A DNA stretch of 24,000 bases, taken from positions 1-24,000 of the forward strand of contig NZ_STGY01000044.1 in NCBI RefSeq assembly GCF_004912275.1. Direction: 5' to 3'. The translations under genes were made by a program, and so were the position numbers. The first letter of the stretch is position 1; each line of letters begins with the position of its first letter. Of this stretch, positions 15,315 through 23,875 are shown piece by piece. The DNA comes from Glycomyces buryatensis (GTDB lineage: Bacteria > Actinomycetota > Actinomycetes > Mycobacteriales > Micromonosporaceae). Under the pieces are notes generated by a model. It saw only the letters and a program-made list of their open reading frames with translations. It made no database searches and was not told the origin of the DNA.

Positions 15315-17224
15315 CCAGACCCCTCAGACTGCTCCTCGTTCTCTTCGCCGCCGCCGGTGCCCTGGTCTTCATGCCGAGCGGCGCCAATGCGCAGAGCGCT
15401 GGCGACGAATGCACCGACTACGAGTGGCACACCTACTGGAACGACTGCGTAGACGAACTTCCAGAAGGCCAGGAACTCGACTGCGAGGTGGCACCGCAAC
15501 CGGCCACCCCCCAATCCGGCATGGCCGGCTGGTTCGCCGAGCCCGCCAACCTCGACAAGAGCGAGGGCATCGGCACCTACAGCCGCTACGGCTACGCCGG
15601 TTACCAATTGCCGATGTACGGCGCGCAGGAAATGAGCATCGGCGGTTCCTGCGTCGATTCCCCGACCATTCCCAATGGCGCCGACACCGCCAATGCACTG
15701 GCCAATATGGAATTCAACGTCTCCCTCGCCACGGTCGGCGCCGCGAACTCGATGCGCCAGGCCGCCTGGGAGCCGGACCGCATGTGGGGCTGGTCGAACG
15801 GCTTCATGGAGACGGTCTCGAAGGTCATCTTCGACCAGGTCTTCACCGTCTTCGGCGCGGTCACCGTCGGCGTCATCGGCATCTACCTCCTGTGGCGTTC
15901 CCGCCAGGCCGACATGAACAACGCCGTGACCACCGTGGCCTGGGCCGCGCTGATCCTGGTGCTGGTGACGGCGGTCGTGCGCTGGCCGGTGCAGGCCGCG
16001 CAGTACACCGATGAGGCGCTGAAGATCGGCATGAACCTCAGCACGACGCTCATCAGCGACGATGCCGCTGAGGGTTGTGAGCGCCACGAGAACCTCACTC
16101 GAGAAGAGTACGAGGAGCTCAAGCGGAACAACCGGGTCGACCCGACCTACTGCATCGACACCCGGACTGCGGCCGTTACCGCTTCAGACACCGTCTCCAG
16201 CGAGGTCCTGTACCAGAACTGGCTCCGGACCATGCTCGGCCAGAGCGAAGAGGTCACCTTCGAGAGGTCGAACGGCGAAATTGTCGAGGAGAACGGCGAC
16301 CCGGTCGTGCGCGACTCGAACACCGCCTACAAGTACGGACCCGCCCTCTTTGCCGCGCAGGCGTTCTCCTGGACGGAATCGCAACAGGCAGAGCAGTCGG
16401 CCGGTGAACGCAACGACCTCATCGAGCAGAAGCAGGAGCTCTGGCGCAACCTGGTAGCCCAGATCCAGCAGGAAGACCCGGAGGCCTACTCGCACCTGAA
16501 AGGCGAGCGTGCCTGGGAGCGGACCGGCACCGGCCTGCTCGCCCTGCTCACCGCGATCATGTTCGCGCTCTTCGACATCACCGCTTCGGTGCTCATCATT
16601 CTGGGCTTCATGATCGTGCGATTCGCGATCGTGGCACTGCCGATCATCGGCACCATTGCCCTGCTCCGACCGGCCGGCGGACCCTTCAAGCGACTGGTCA
16701 ATACCGTTCTCGGTGCGGTCATCAACGTTGCCGTCTTCTCGATCGCCGCCGTGGTCTATATCTTCGCGGCCAGCCGTATCCTCGGCACCAGCATGCCCAT
16801 CTGGATGCAGGTCGTCCTCATTGGAATGCTGGGCGTGGCCGCATGGATGCTATTGCGGCCCTTTAGAAGGATCGCCGGTCTCGCAGCCGGTGGCGGCCCG
16901 ACCGATGCGCTTCTGGGAAGACGCGGCGGCGGAGACAATGACTCCGGCAGTTCTGGCGGCCCAGGAGGTCGGGGAGGCGACGGGAGCAATGGCCGCCCAG
17001 AGGGCACCTCCGGTCCGATCAATGACCTCAATAGGAACGTCGAAGAGCTCCGCCCGGCCGAGACCGCCGAGAACATTCGGGACATCCGCGACCAGACCGA
17101 GCCGGTACCCGGTCAGCCCTCCGGCTCCGGAGCCACCACCCCCGAGTCCGCTTCCAGCAGCAGCGGAAGCAGCGGCGGGGGTGGAGGCGGCACCGACGTC
17201 TACCGACCACCCCAACGGGAGTGA
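15311..17224 (+). CDS. VirB6/TrbL-like polytopic membrane protein (637 aa) with signal peptide and Gly/Ser-rich C-terminal tail
   Basis: The GTG at 15311 overlaps the VirB4 stop (GTGA), with GGGGAGGAGAAG upstream. This is preferred over the track's longer 14975 start, which lies inside VirB4. The signal peptide is LLLVLFAAAGALVFMPSGANA. There are at least 6 TM helices. The tail is low-complexity (GGGDNDSGSSGGPGGRGGDG...SSSSGSSGGGGGG). Confidence 0.65.
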   Translation: MTRPLRLLLVLFAAAGALVFMPSGANAQSAGDECTDYEWHTYWNDCVDELPEGQELDCEVAPQPATPQSGMAGWFAEPANLDKSEGIGTYSRYGYAGYQLPMYGAQEMSIGGSCVDSPTIPNGADTANALANMEFNVSLATVGAANSMRQAAWEPDRMWGWSNGFMETVSKVIFDQVFTVFGAVTVGVIGIYLLWRSRQADMNNAVTTVAWAALILVLVTAVVRWPVQAAQYTDEALKIGMNLSTTLISDDAAEGCERHENLTREEYEELKRNNRVDPTYCIDTRTAAVTASDTVSSEVLYQNWLRTMLGQSEEVTFERSNGEIVEENGDPVVRDSNTAYKYGPALFAAQAFSWTESQQAEQSAGERNDLIEQKQELWRNLVAQIQQEDPEAYSHLKGERAWERTGTGLLALLTAIMFALFDITASVLIILGFMIVRFAIVALPIIGTIALLRPAGGPFKRLVNTVLGAVINVAVFSIAAVVYIFAASRILGTSMPIWMQVVLIGMLGVAAWMLLRPFRRIAGLAAGGGPTDALLGRRGGGDNDSGSSGGPGGRGGDGSNGRPEGTSGPINDLNRNVEELRPAETAENIRDIRDQTEPVPGQPSGSGATTPESASSSSGSSGGGGGGTDVYRPPQRE

Positions 17225-17227
17225 CCC

Positions 17228-17770
17228 ATGAATCGCGCCCTCCGGATCATCTTCTCCCGCTACGGCATCGTGGTCATCATCCTGGTGCTGGTACTCGGCG
17301 CGATCGCGCTCGCCTCGGACAATGGACGGACCCCATTGACCGGAAACGACGTGGAGACCGACGACTCGACCGAGTCCTCCGAGCCATCGGACGAGATCAC
17401 CGACGACGACGGTTTCTACACCGAGGACTGCGAAGCCGATGACTGCTATGCGGCCGAAGAGCTTCCGCAGGAGGCCGTGGACCGGGCCGTGGAATTCGCC
17501 GAAGCCTGGCTCAATCCGAACGGTCTCGACCCCGACGCCTGGTACGACTCGATCGCTCCGTTTCTGACCACCGATCGCGCCGAGTTGATGGTGGGCGTCG
17601 ACCCCGCCACGCTCCCCGCCCAGAGCATCGACGGCGACGCGACGACCGAGGCTTCCAAGGTCAGCATCCCGATGAACACCGGCACCTTGATACTCACCAT
17701 GGCCGAAGGCTCCAATAGCTGGACCGGAGGCGACTGGCTGGTCTCCGCCATCGACTGGGAGGCATCATGA
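17228..17770 (+). CDS. N-terminally anchored protein (180 aa) with acidic linker and NTF2-like C-terminal domain; possible VirB8/TcpC-like T4SS component
   Basis: GGGAG lies 8 nt upstream. It has a single TM helix (YGIVVIILVLVLGAIALA). The C-terminal ~110 aa (AVEFAEAWLNPNG...WLVSAIDWE) resembles small alpha+beta conjugation proteins. The position between the VirB6-like gene and the hydrolase supports this call. Confidence 0.45.
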   Translation: MNRALRIIFSRYGIVVIILVLVLGAIALASDNGRTPLTGNDVETDDSTESSEPSDEITDDDGFYTEDCEADDCYAAEELPQEAVDRAVEFAEAWLNPNGLDPDAWYDSIAPFLTTDRAELMVGVDPATLPAQSIDGDATTEASKVSIPMNTGTLILTMAEGSNSWTGGDWLVSAIDWEAS

Positions 17771-18942
17771 GCACCATCCCCGACGGCGAAACCGAATCCG
17801 GGCCGGATGCCAACTCCGAGCTCGACGAGCCCCGCAGGCGCCTCCCCAAACGGCTTCGCCCCTTCATGTGGACCATTGCGGTCTTGACGGTGTGCTGCCT
17901 CGGGGTGGTCGTCTCGGTCGTGCAGCTCCTCTCGGACCAGGACGACGGCGATACCGGCAACCTGCTCGCCGCCGGCTGCGGTTCCGATATCGTGATCGAT
18001 CCCGGGGCCGAGTTCCCCCGAATCGGCGACTACAGCTCCGACCAGGTCAAGAACGTCGCCATCATCATCTCGGTAGGCCAGGAGATGGACCTGCCGAGCC
18101 GCGCCTGGATCATCGCGGTCGCGACCGCGATGCAGGAATCGCGACTGACCAACCTCGGTCACCTCGGCGGCGCCAATGACCACGACTCCCTGGGGCTGTT
18201 CCAGCAGCGGCCGTCCTCGGGTTGGGGAACGCCGGAGGAGATCCAGGATCCGGTCTACGCCTCGACCAAGTTCTACGAGAAGCTCCAGACCGTCGAGAAC
18301 TGGGAAACGCTGCCGCTTACCGTTGCCGCCCAACGAGTTCAGATCTCCGCGTTTCCCGATGCCTATGCCAAGCACGAGCCCGTCGCGGTCGACATCGTCA
18401 ATACCCTGACCGGTGGCGGGGGCCGGGTTTCGGCGGTCTCCACCGACATGGGGACCTGCGCGCAGATGGGCGAGTTGTCGGCGGCGGGCTGGATCAGTCC
18501 GACCGAGGGACCGATCTGGTCGGGCTTCCAGACTCCGGAGCGGCCCACGCACAATGGGGTGGACATCGGGGCTCCGCGGGACGCCAAGGTCGTGGCGGCG
18601 ACCGCCGGCACGGTGATCACCTCGGAGTGCAATGCCAGCCAGGGCGGTCAGCCGTACTCATGCGATGTGGACGGCGGCGTCGATGTCATGGGCTGCGGCT
18701 GGATGGTCAATATCCTGCACGCCGGTGACTACATCACCCGCTACTGCCACTTCGGAACAGCGCCGGTGGTGAAGGAAGGCGACGTGGTCCAGGCCGGGCA
18801 GCTCCTCGGGTATGTCGGATCTTCCGGTCACTCGTCGGGCCCGCACCTGCACTACGAGGTTCACCTGAACGCCGACCGCAGCCCTGCCGGAGCGGTCGAT
18901 CCGGTCGCCTTCATGAACCAGGTCGGCGCCCCGCTCGAATAG
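17767..18942 (+). CDS. Membrane-anchored bifunctional cell-wall hydrolase (391 aa): N-terminal muramidase/transglycosylase-like domain plus C-terminal M23 metallopeptidase
   Basis: An ATGA overlap links it to the upstream gene. It has one TM helix (MWTIAVLTVCCLGVVVSVV). The N-terminal domain carries ATAMQESRLTNL...SLGLFQQR. M23 motifs are HNGVDIGAP and GSSGHSSGPHLHYEV. Confidence 0.8.
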   Translation: MSTIPDGETESGPDANSELDEPRRRLPKRLRPFMWTIAVLTVCCLGVVVSVVQLLSDQDDGDTGNLLAAGCGSDIVIDPGAEFPRIGDYSSDQVKNVAIIISVGQEMDLPSRAWIIAVATAMQESRLTNLGHLGGANDHDSLGLFQQRPSSGWGTPEEIQDPVYASTKFYEKLQTVENWETLPLTVAAQRVQISAFPDAYAKHEPVAVDIVNTLTGGGGRVSAVSTDMGTCAQMGELSAAGWISPTEGPIWSGFQTPERPTHNGVDIGAPRDAKVVAATAGTVITSECNASQGGQPYSCDVDGGVDVMGCGWMVNILHAGDYITRYCHFGTAPVVKEGDVVQAGQLLGYVGSSGHSSGPHLHYEVHLNADRSPAGAVDPVAFMNQVGAPLE

Positions 18943-19004
18943 CACCCCGCTTCCGAGCAATCGACTCCCACACTCGCATAGCGTCCCTCCCACGGAGGAG
19001 AACC

Positions 19005-19038
19005 GGGGCCGACCGCTCCCCACCGAGCGGTCGGCCCC
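19005..19038. terminator. Perfect 14-bp-stem hairpin between convergent genes; bidirectional intrinsic-terminator candidate
   Basis: The hairpin is GGGGCCGACCGCTC-cccacc-GAGCGGTCGGCCCC. It lies 63 nt after the hydrolase stop and 18 nt from the stop of the convergent 19056 gene. No long U-tract. Confidence 0.6.
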
Positions 19039-19055
19039 TCTCTGAGGGGTGGGAT

Positions 19056-19334
19056 TCAGCCGGAGCACTCCCGCACGATGGTGGCCCACACTCGGACCGC
19101 CTCGGCGACAATCGCATCGCAGTGCTCCCGACCCCATTCCACGTGGAGCGGAGCGCAGACCCGCAGCCCGGGATCGTCGGTATCGAGGCGGATGACCGAC
19201 CCGAGCGCTTCGGGATCCTCACCCGGCAGGGTGATTCGCAGGCGGGCTTGGAAAGGGATCGTGTCGAAGCGCAGGAGCTTTCCGTCGATCCAGCTTCGGG
19301 CAGTGGCAGTGGTTTGACCGGTCTGGGCCGTCAT
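19056..19334 (-). CDS. Hypothetical protein (92 aa)
   Basis: ORF 19056..19598 trimmed to the ATG at 19334, which forms an ATGA overlap with the stop of the upstream 19331 gene. No motif recognised. Confidence 0.45.
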   Translation of the reverse strand: MTAQTGQTTATARSWIDGKLLRFDTIPFQARLRITLPGEDPEALGSVIRLDTDDPGLRVCAPLHVEWGREHCDAIVAEAVRVWATIVRECSG

Positions 19335-20290
19335 GAGGCCACCGCCCCTCCGAGTCCGCGCGTGGTGTCGAAGGCCCGTTCCCATTGGGCCATATGCGGG
19401 CTCGTATCCGCATCGGTCCGGTACGGGAAGGGTGGAGTCCGCCAACGACGGAGACCACCGTGTCGTTCGGTATTGCGTTCGCCGCTTTGCTCCGAACGCT
19501 GGTGACGCTCGGATGGCCGAGCGCCGTGTGCACCGTGCTTCGCCGCCCCGATCACCCGCAATACGAAGGCCCACACCGCCAACCACGGCCGGACACACCG
19601 CTCCATTGCCGCGACGGGCTTGATGGAGTGCGCCTCGTAGAGCGGCTGGGAGTCGATCAGGTATCGATCCCAGGCGTCCTCGCGGAGCTTATTGAAGCGG
19701 TGCGGAGGTTCATCGTCGCCGAGTCGGCCGAGGCGAGCGGGCCTATTGTTGCCCGGCTGGTCGGGGTGGCGAGGTTTGTTGTCACCCACGAACCGCAATG
19801 GCTCGGTGCTGTCCTCCCAGAAGCGCTGGCGCGCAGGCGGGCGCGGGGACGGAGAGGGACGCCGCTCGTCGGCCGCTTCGGGGGCGGGGTCGACGGGCGG
19901 ACGGTCCTGTCCGGAGTCCGCCACCGGCGGAGGCGGATCGGGGAGTTCCCCGCGCCTGTGACGGCCGGTTCGGGGGTCGGGACGCCAACCGGGCGTGCCG
20001 AAGGCACCGGGGTCGGCGGGATCATGCGGTTTGCCGCCGATCTCCCAGGTGTCACCGGGCCGGTGACGGAGATGCGGAGGCTCGTAGCGCGGAGAGCGCG
20101 GGTCGGAGTCGGGGATCGACGGGTCGTAGCTGTCGGGGTCGTAGCGTCGGGCCCCAGGGGTTTCCTCCGGGGCAGACGGGTTGTGAATGCCCTGTTCAGG
20201 GTAGGCGTAAGCAGCGGCATCCCGATCGAAGTCGGCCGCGTGATGTCCGTTTCCGGGCACGCCGGAATAGCGTATGGTCGTAGTTGCCAT
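19331..20290 (-). CDS. Proline-rich hypothetical protein (319 aa) with one C-proximal hydrophobic segment
   Basis: ORF 19331..20428 trimmed to the ATG at 20290 (MATTTIRYSG), with AAGGAG 8 nt upstream. GC3 is high on this strand. The first ~200 aa are disordered and Pro/Asp/Arg-rich. The hydrophobic segment is RPWLAVWAFVLRVIGAA. Confidence 0.5.
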   Translation of the reverse strand: MATTTIRYSGVPGNGHHAADFDRDAAAYAYPEQGIHNPSAPEETPGARRYDPDSYDPSIPDSDPRSPRYEPPHLRHRPGDTWEIGGKPHDPADPGAFGTPGWRPDPRTGRHRRGELPDPPPPVADSGQDRPPVDPAPEAADERRPSPSPRPPARQRFWEDSTEPLRFVGDNKPRHPDQPGNNRPARLGRLGDDEPPHRFNKLREDAWDRYLIDSQPLYEAHSIKPVAAMERCVRPWLAVWAFVLRVIGAAKHGAHGARPSERHQRSEQSGERNTERHGGLRRWRTPPFPYRTDADTSPHMAQWERAFDTTRGLGGAVAS

Positions 20291-20525
20291 CGGAGCTTGC
20301 TCCTTTGGTGGAAGTGCCGCCCGGTGGATCAGGTTTGGCGATTTGGGCCACCGGGCGGCGTCGTGTAGACGGCCATATTCAGCTAATGAAGTTACGCGCA
20401 CGCCCGCCGAAGTTTCCATCAGTCCCACCCAAGGAAACCTGGCGGGCGCGCGCAGTTACATGGTGAGTGTCGATCGCGAGGTTGTCAACCATAAGTGATG
20501 GCGTGTCGCGAAACTTGTGGAATGT

Positions 20526-21500
20526 TCAGTCCTCGGCAACGTCGAGTAGACCGTCGACATCCTCCAGCGAATCCACGCAATCCCCTTGCACACCAACCGT
20601 AAACGCGAACGCTTCGACGTTGAACGCCTTGAGTTCCGTTTCAACATTGACCATTGTGATTGGTGCCTCAGCATCCTCGACGAGCGTCGTGTCGAGCACC
20701 TCACCGGTGGCGTCGCTGTTCAGAGCTTCCCACTCTGCGATGGCCGAGATGAGGTCATCGGGAGTGGGTCCTGTGTAGGTATCGCACTGGTACTCGGCAG
20801 CGGCCTCCGAATCACGAAGCCTCACAACGGTAGCGATGAAATCCGAGGCGAGGGCTTCCGGATCGACCTCCGAGCCAGGCTCGTCGGTTGGCTCCGGTTC
20901 CAGTTGCACTGCATTGTAAACACAGAAGGAGTCGCCGTCCTCCTGGACGGTGACGGTGAATTCCTCGGGCCGCTGTCCTCCCTGAGAGATGTAGGTGACC
21001 GTCGCAGCTATGGAAATACCATCAGCGGATGCGACCGGGGCGTCGGTGGAGACATCGATATCGGAGATCCCACCCAGCTCTTCTCCGTATGTCTCTCGGA
21101 TGACGTCGAGGTCGCCCGCCGTTAGCTCCGGGGAGGCGCCATCACAGAGCGTGTCCTCGGCCCGCGAGGCATCGTTGTTGGAGCCGAACCGCAAATAACG
21201 CGCGGCCGCGTTGACCGCATCGGTCGGGGCCTCATCCCGAGGGTCGGTGTCCTCAGTGCTCCCGCCGGAAGCGAATCCGGGAGCAACCCAGCCGCCGAGG
21301 GCGAGCAGCAGGACCCAGCCCCCGACAAGCGCACCGACCCGTGTCCAGGTCCGAGCAGGCTCAGGAAACTCCGCCTCCTCAACCTCCCCGCGGCCGCCGC
21401 CCATCCCGGGACCCGCGGCTCCGGCAGGAGGGCGCTGGAAACTGCCGCGACCGGCCCTCCGCCGCCTGAACACCCGCCGAACACCCCTGCCAAACCTCAT
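20526..21500 (-). CDS. Membrane-anchored protein (324 aa) with two tandem small alpha+beta (NTF2-like) domains; function unknown
   Basis: It has an Arg-rich N-terminus and one TM helix (VGALVGGWVLLLALGGWVA). Two repeats of about 110 aa follow, each with a conserved Cys pair context (TLCDGASPEL...SFCVYN and EYQCDTYTGP...GDCVDS). The start is uncertain (ATG 21500 or 21404). Confidence 0.5.
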   Translation of the reverse strand: MRFGRGVRRVFRRRRAGRGSFQRPPAGAAGPGMGGGRGEVEEAEFPEPARTWTRVGALVGGWVLLLALGGWVAPGFASGGSTEDTDPRDEAPTDAVNAAARYLRFGSNNDASRAEDTLCDGASPELTAGDLDVIRETYGEELGGISDIDVSTDAPVASADGISIAATVTYISQGGQRPEEFTVTVQEDGDSFCVYNAVQLEPEPTDEPGSEVDPEALASDFIATVVRLRDSEAAAEYQCDTYTGPTPDDLISAIAEWEALNSDATGEVLDTTLVEDAEAPITMVNVETELKAFNVEAFAFTVGVQGDCVDSLEDVDGLLDVAED

Positions 21501-21673
21501 ACGAGCAACTTACCGTCCCACCCCAACCCCCACAACACTCCGCCTTACTTGTCGCGGAAGCAATCCGGATAGTTCTCAATCGAGATCCCCTACCCAGAGA
21601 CCCCACCGATGAAGCTTCCAGTCTGCCATCGGTGTTGCCGGGTGCATCCGTTCTCCGGGGACTAGCAGGAGGG

Positions 21674-22417
21674 TCAGTCTGCTGAAACCGAGCTCAACTG
21701 CTCAAGGACCGCAGGTAGATAACTTTTGGTCATCCATTCATTCAAGACCTCTGCAGAAATTAGACAGTCGGTTCCCAGATCGGTAGAATCACAATACTTA
21801 TGATAAGTCAATGGCTGATCGTAGTAATCCTGCTCGGCGGTGACCCGAATGCTAAGCCCAACCGCAAAATCCTGAGTCTCGCCCCATGCCCCAACAATAT
21901 AGAGTTCTCTGTTGCGAAACAGGCCATTCAATAGGTACACCTCACCATCGCTCCAGTCAGACGAAATCGGATCGATTGACGATGTGAGCACCTCATTCAT
22001 ATCAGCTTGCCCGCTTGACTGAAATCCGCCAAGGTTGTCATATGATGCGCTTGCACCTCCTGGCTCTACCGAATCACCGGTGAATACCCGCGCAGTGAAA
22101 TCAATGCTGCCAACTTCCTCCTCCCCCTCAAGTAGAGCGATCTGATTGTCGCAGCCAATGAAATCTTTCTCAGATTTCTCAGACCAGCTCTCCGTAAGAC
22201 CTTCTCCGAAGACAACATCGGATGCATCGCTAGTATTGAGCAATTCACAAGGTTGTACCTGATCGATGATCTCCGAAGTGTCATTACCTTTGTCGGTCGT
22301 GTCATTCGATCCGAAGCATGCGCTCAGAGCGAATGAAATCAACACCACCAGGGTCAATCCAAATCGGTGCGATGGCAACCGCCGAGACCGCTCAGATCGG
22401 AGCATATCTATGAACAT
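21674..22417 (-). CDS. Lipoprotein (247 aa), DUF3558-like
   Basis: Signal peptide plus lipobox (LVVLISFALSAC). A P-C-x-L-L motif (VQPCELLNT) follows shortly after the lipobox, as I recall for DUF3558-type actinobacterial lipoproteins. The start abuts the upstream stop (TGAATG). GC is about 47-50%. Confidence 0.6.
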   Translation of the reverse strand: MFIDMLRSERSRRLPSHRFGLTLVVLISFALSACFGSNDTTDKGNDTSEIIDQVQPCELLNTSDASDVVFGEGLTESWSEKSEKDFIGCDNQIALLEGEEEVGSIDFTARVFTGDSVEPGGASASYDNLGGFQSSGQADMNEVLTSSIDPISSDWSDGEVYLLNGLFRNRELYIVGAWGETQDFAVGLSIRVTAEQDYYDQPLTYHKYCDSTDLGTDCLISAEVLNEWMTKSYLPAVLEQLSSVSAD

Positions 22418-23374
22418 TCAGTAGACCTCCCCTTGAGTAAGACCGCTGTAGTCTGAGTTGATCTCTTCGGCCAGGGTGACAATTTCGGCCCTCCCATCGG
22501 TTAGTGCAGTCTCAGTCTTGTCCAGGCAATCTTGGAGTTTAGTTGCCAAGGATTCGAACGTATCCGAATCCAATCCGACACTGTACTCATTCTCCAGATA
22601 CTTTCCTTTGAAGTCACTGAACCAATTCGAGTTCCACTCACCACCATCGTCAAGGCCGAAGTTCTCGATGATCGACATGGCTCCATCGAGATAACCCAAC
22701 GGAGTGAACGCGGTAGCTCCAATGTAAAGATTCTCCAGAATGAAACCATGCCCCTTCTGCACTTCAATCAGCTCCTCCGCAAGTTTAGAAAGTTTCGCCC
22801 CCAAACTATTTCGAGTCTCGGCCTGAATTGAAAATTCTGCGGTTGTTACCTGGACAATCTCCCGGAGGATCGTTCTCTGAGTTCGGGCAGTTTCACGCGT
22901 GTGCCCGAATGCCAAGAACGCCTTTTCATTGTCAGCACCTCCTTCCCATTGCTCTTCCTCGTTCTCACCAACGAAGAGCGCGGATATCTTTTCGAAACTG
23001 CTGCCTTCCTGCTCTTCGATGAATTCGTCAAAGCTGGCCTTGAATTCAATAATACGGTCGAGCGAATTAGTCACGTCCAGGAGTGCATCGGGATACAGAA
23101 GTCTTGATAGCGTTTCCGAAGACTTATTGAAGCGGTAGGACGAATCCTGGCTAGCCTCATCTCGGATTGATTTCAAGGTCGATTCATCGGCGCCATACGT
23201 TATAGGACAGTTCGTAATTTCGCTCCAATCCTCGGTGGGCGTGTACGGGGTGTCGTCCCTGTAGTTGAAATCTTGTGTCGACGTCTTCCACTCTTCAATG
23301 GTGGCGCACCATACGTTCTCCCCTATTTCCGGAAAACTCTCAAGCACCAGCTCTCGTGTTCGAACTTCCACCAT
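22418..23374 (-). CDS. Acidic hypothetical protein (318 aa)
   Basis: A long ORF in a low-GC cassette, coupled to the lipoprotein gene. No motif recognised. An in-frame TAA (23381-23383) lies two codons upstream of the ATG, and a 26-codon ORF with a GAAGGA RBS precedes that TAA. Confidence 0.55.
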   Translation of the reverse strand: MVEVRTRELVLESFPEIGENVWCATIEEWKTSTQDFNYRDDTPYTPTEDWSEITNCPITYGADESTLKSIRDEASQDSSYRFNKSSETLSRLLYPDALLDVTNSLDRIIEFKASFDEFIEEQEGSSFEKISALFVGENEEEQWEGGADNEKAFLAFGHTRETARTQRTILREIVQVTTAEFSIQAETRNSLGAKLSKLAEELIEVQKGHGFILENLYIGATAFTPLGYLDGAMSIIENFGLDDGGEWNSNWFSDFKGKYLENEYSVGLDSDTFESLATKLQDCLDKTETALTDGRAEIVTLAEEINSDYSGLTQGEVY

Positions 23375-23491
23375 TGGCCGTTAGAACTGAAAGAGGACTT
23401 CCTCAATCTGCTCCGGTGTGATTTGAATACAGCTTGCCACTTCGGGACCGAAAGTAGACATGGGTGGTATTGCGTCCTTCCGTACGGAATA

Positions 23492-23875
23492 TCAGTAGTT
23501 GTCATCCAACTCGGTCAATAGCTCCGTCAGTTCAACTTCGGTATCTTCTTCCGCCGTTCTCATTGACTCCGCAGTTTGCTCCATCGCAGTGCCGAGGTTC
23601 TCCAAGTTCGTCGCCGACTCGCTTAGCGCCGTCTCCAACCTCTCATAGATAGTTCTCCATGCCCGTCCGACGGCGGATGCTCCAGCAGGCTCCACTGGAC
23701 CCCCGCCCGAGCCCGGGCCGACATTCGAAGTAACCGTTGCTTCCTGAAACATGGAGTCACGCGCTTTCCCCGCAGTTTGAGCGCCTTGCGCCAAGTCCCA
23801 ATACGCGTTAGCCAAATTAGGCAGTACGTCGGTTCCGATTTCTTCGATTTCGTCGATACTGTAGGCGCGAGCCAT
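23492..23875 (-). CDS. Small (127 aa) helical-hairpin protein, WXG-cluster type; function unknown
   Basis: The ATG at 23875 has AGGAGA 5 nt upstream (the track's TTG at 23878 is less likely). Two helical regions are separated by a Gly-rich loop (GPGSGGGP). The second half (RAWRTIYERLETAL...NLENLGTAMEQ) resembles the 38..370 protein (TTWRNLQYLRGTL...GMMNGLQAAIEN). Confidence 0.55.
   Translation of the reverse strand: MARAYSIDEIEEIGTDVLPNLANAYWDLAQGAQTAGKARDSMFQEATVTSNVGPGSGGGPVEPAGASAVGRAWRTIYERLETALSESATNLENLGTAMEQTAESMRTAEEDTEVELTELLTELDDNY

Noticed and set aside
15278-18552. Minus-strand ORFs 15278..16087 (269 aa) and 17446..18552 (368 aa), plus several 60-200-aa ORFs across the T4SS operon
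   Set aside because: They are antisense shadows of the VirB6-like and M23 hydrolase genes. No motifs, RBS or coupling.
19385-20368. Plus-strand ORF of 327 aa opposite the Pro-rich gene
   Set aside because: The minus-strand frame has an AAGGAG RBS, an ATGA coupling to the next gene and mostly G/C-ending codons. The plus-strand translation is Arg/Gly/Val-rich and lacks any of these features. The minus-strand gene itself is low-complexity, so strand assignment is only moderately confident.
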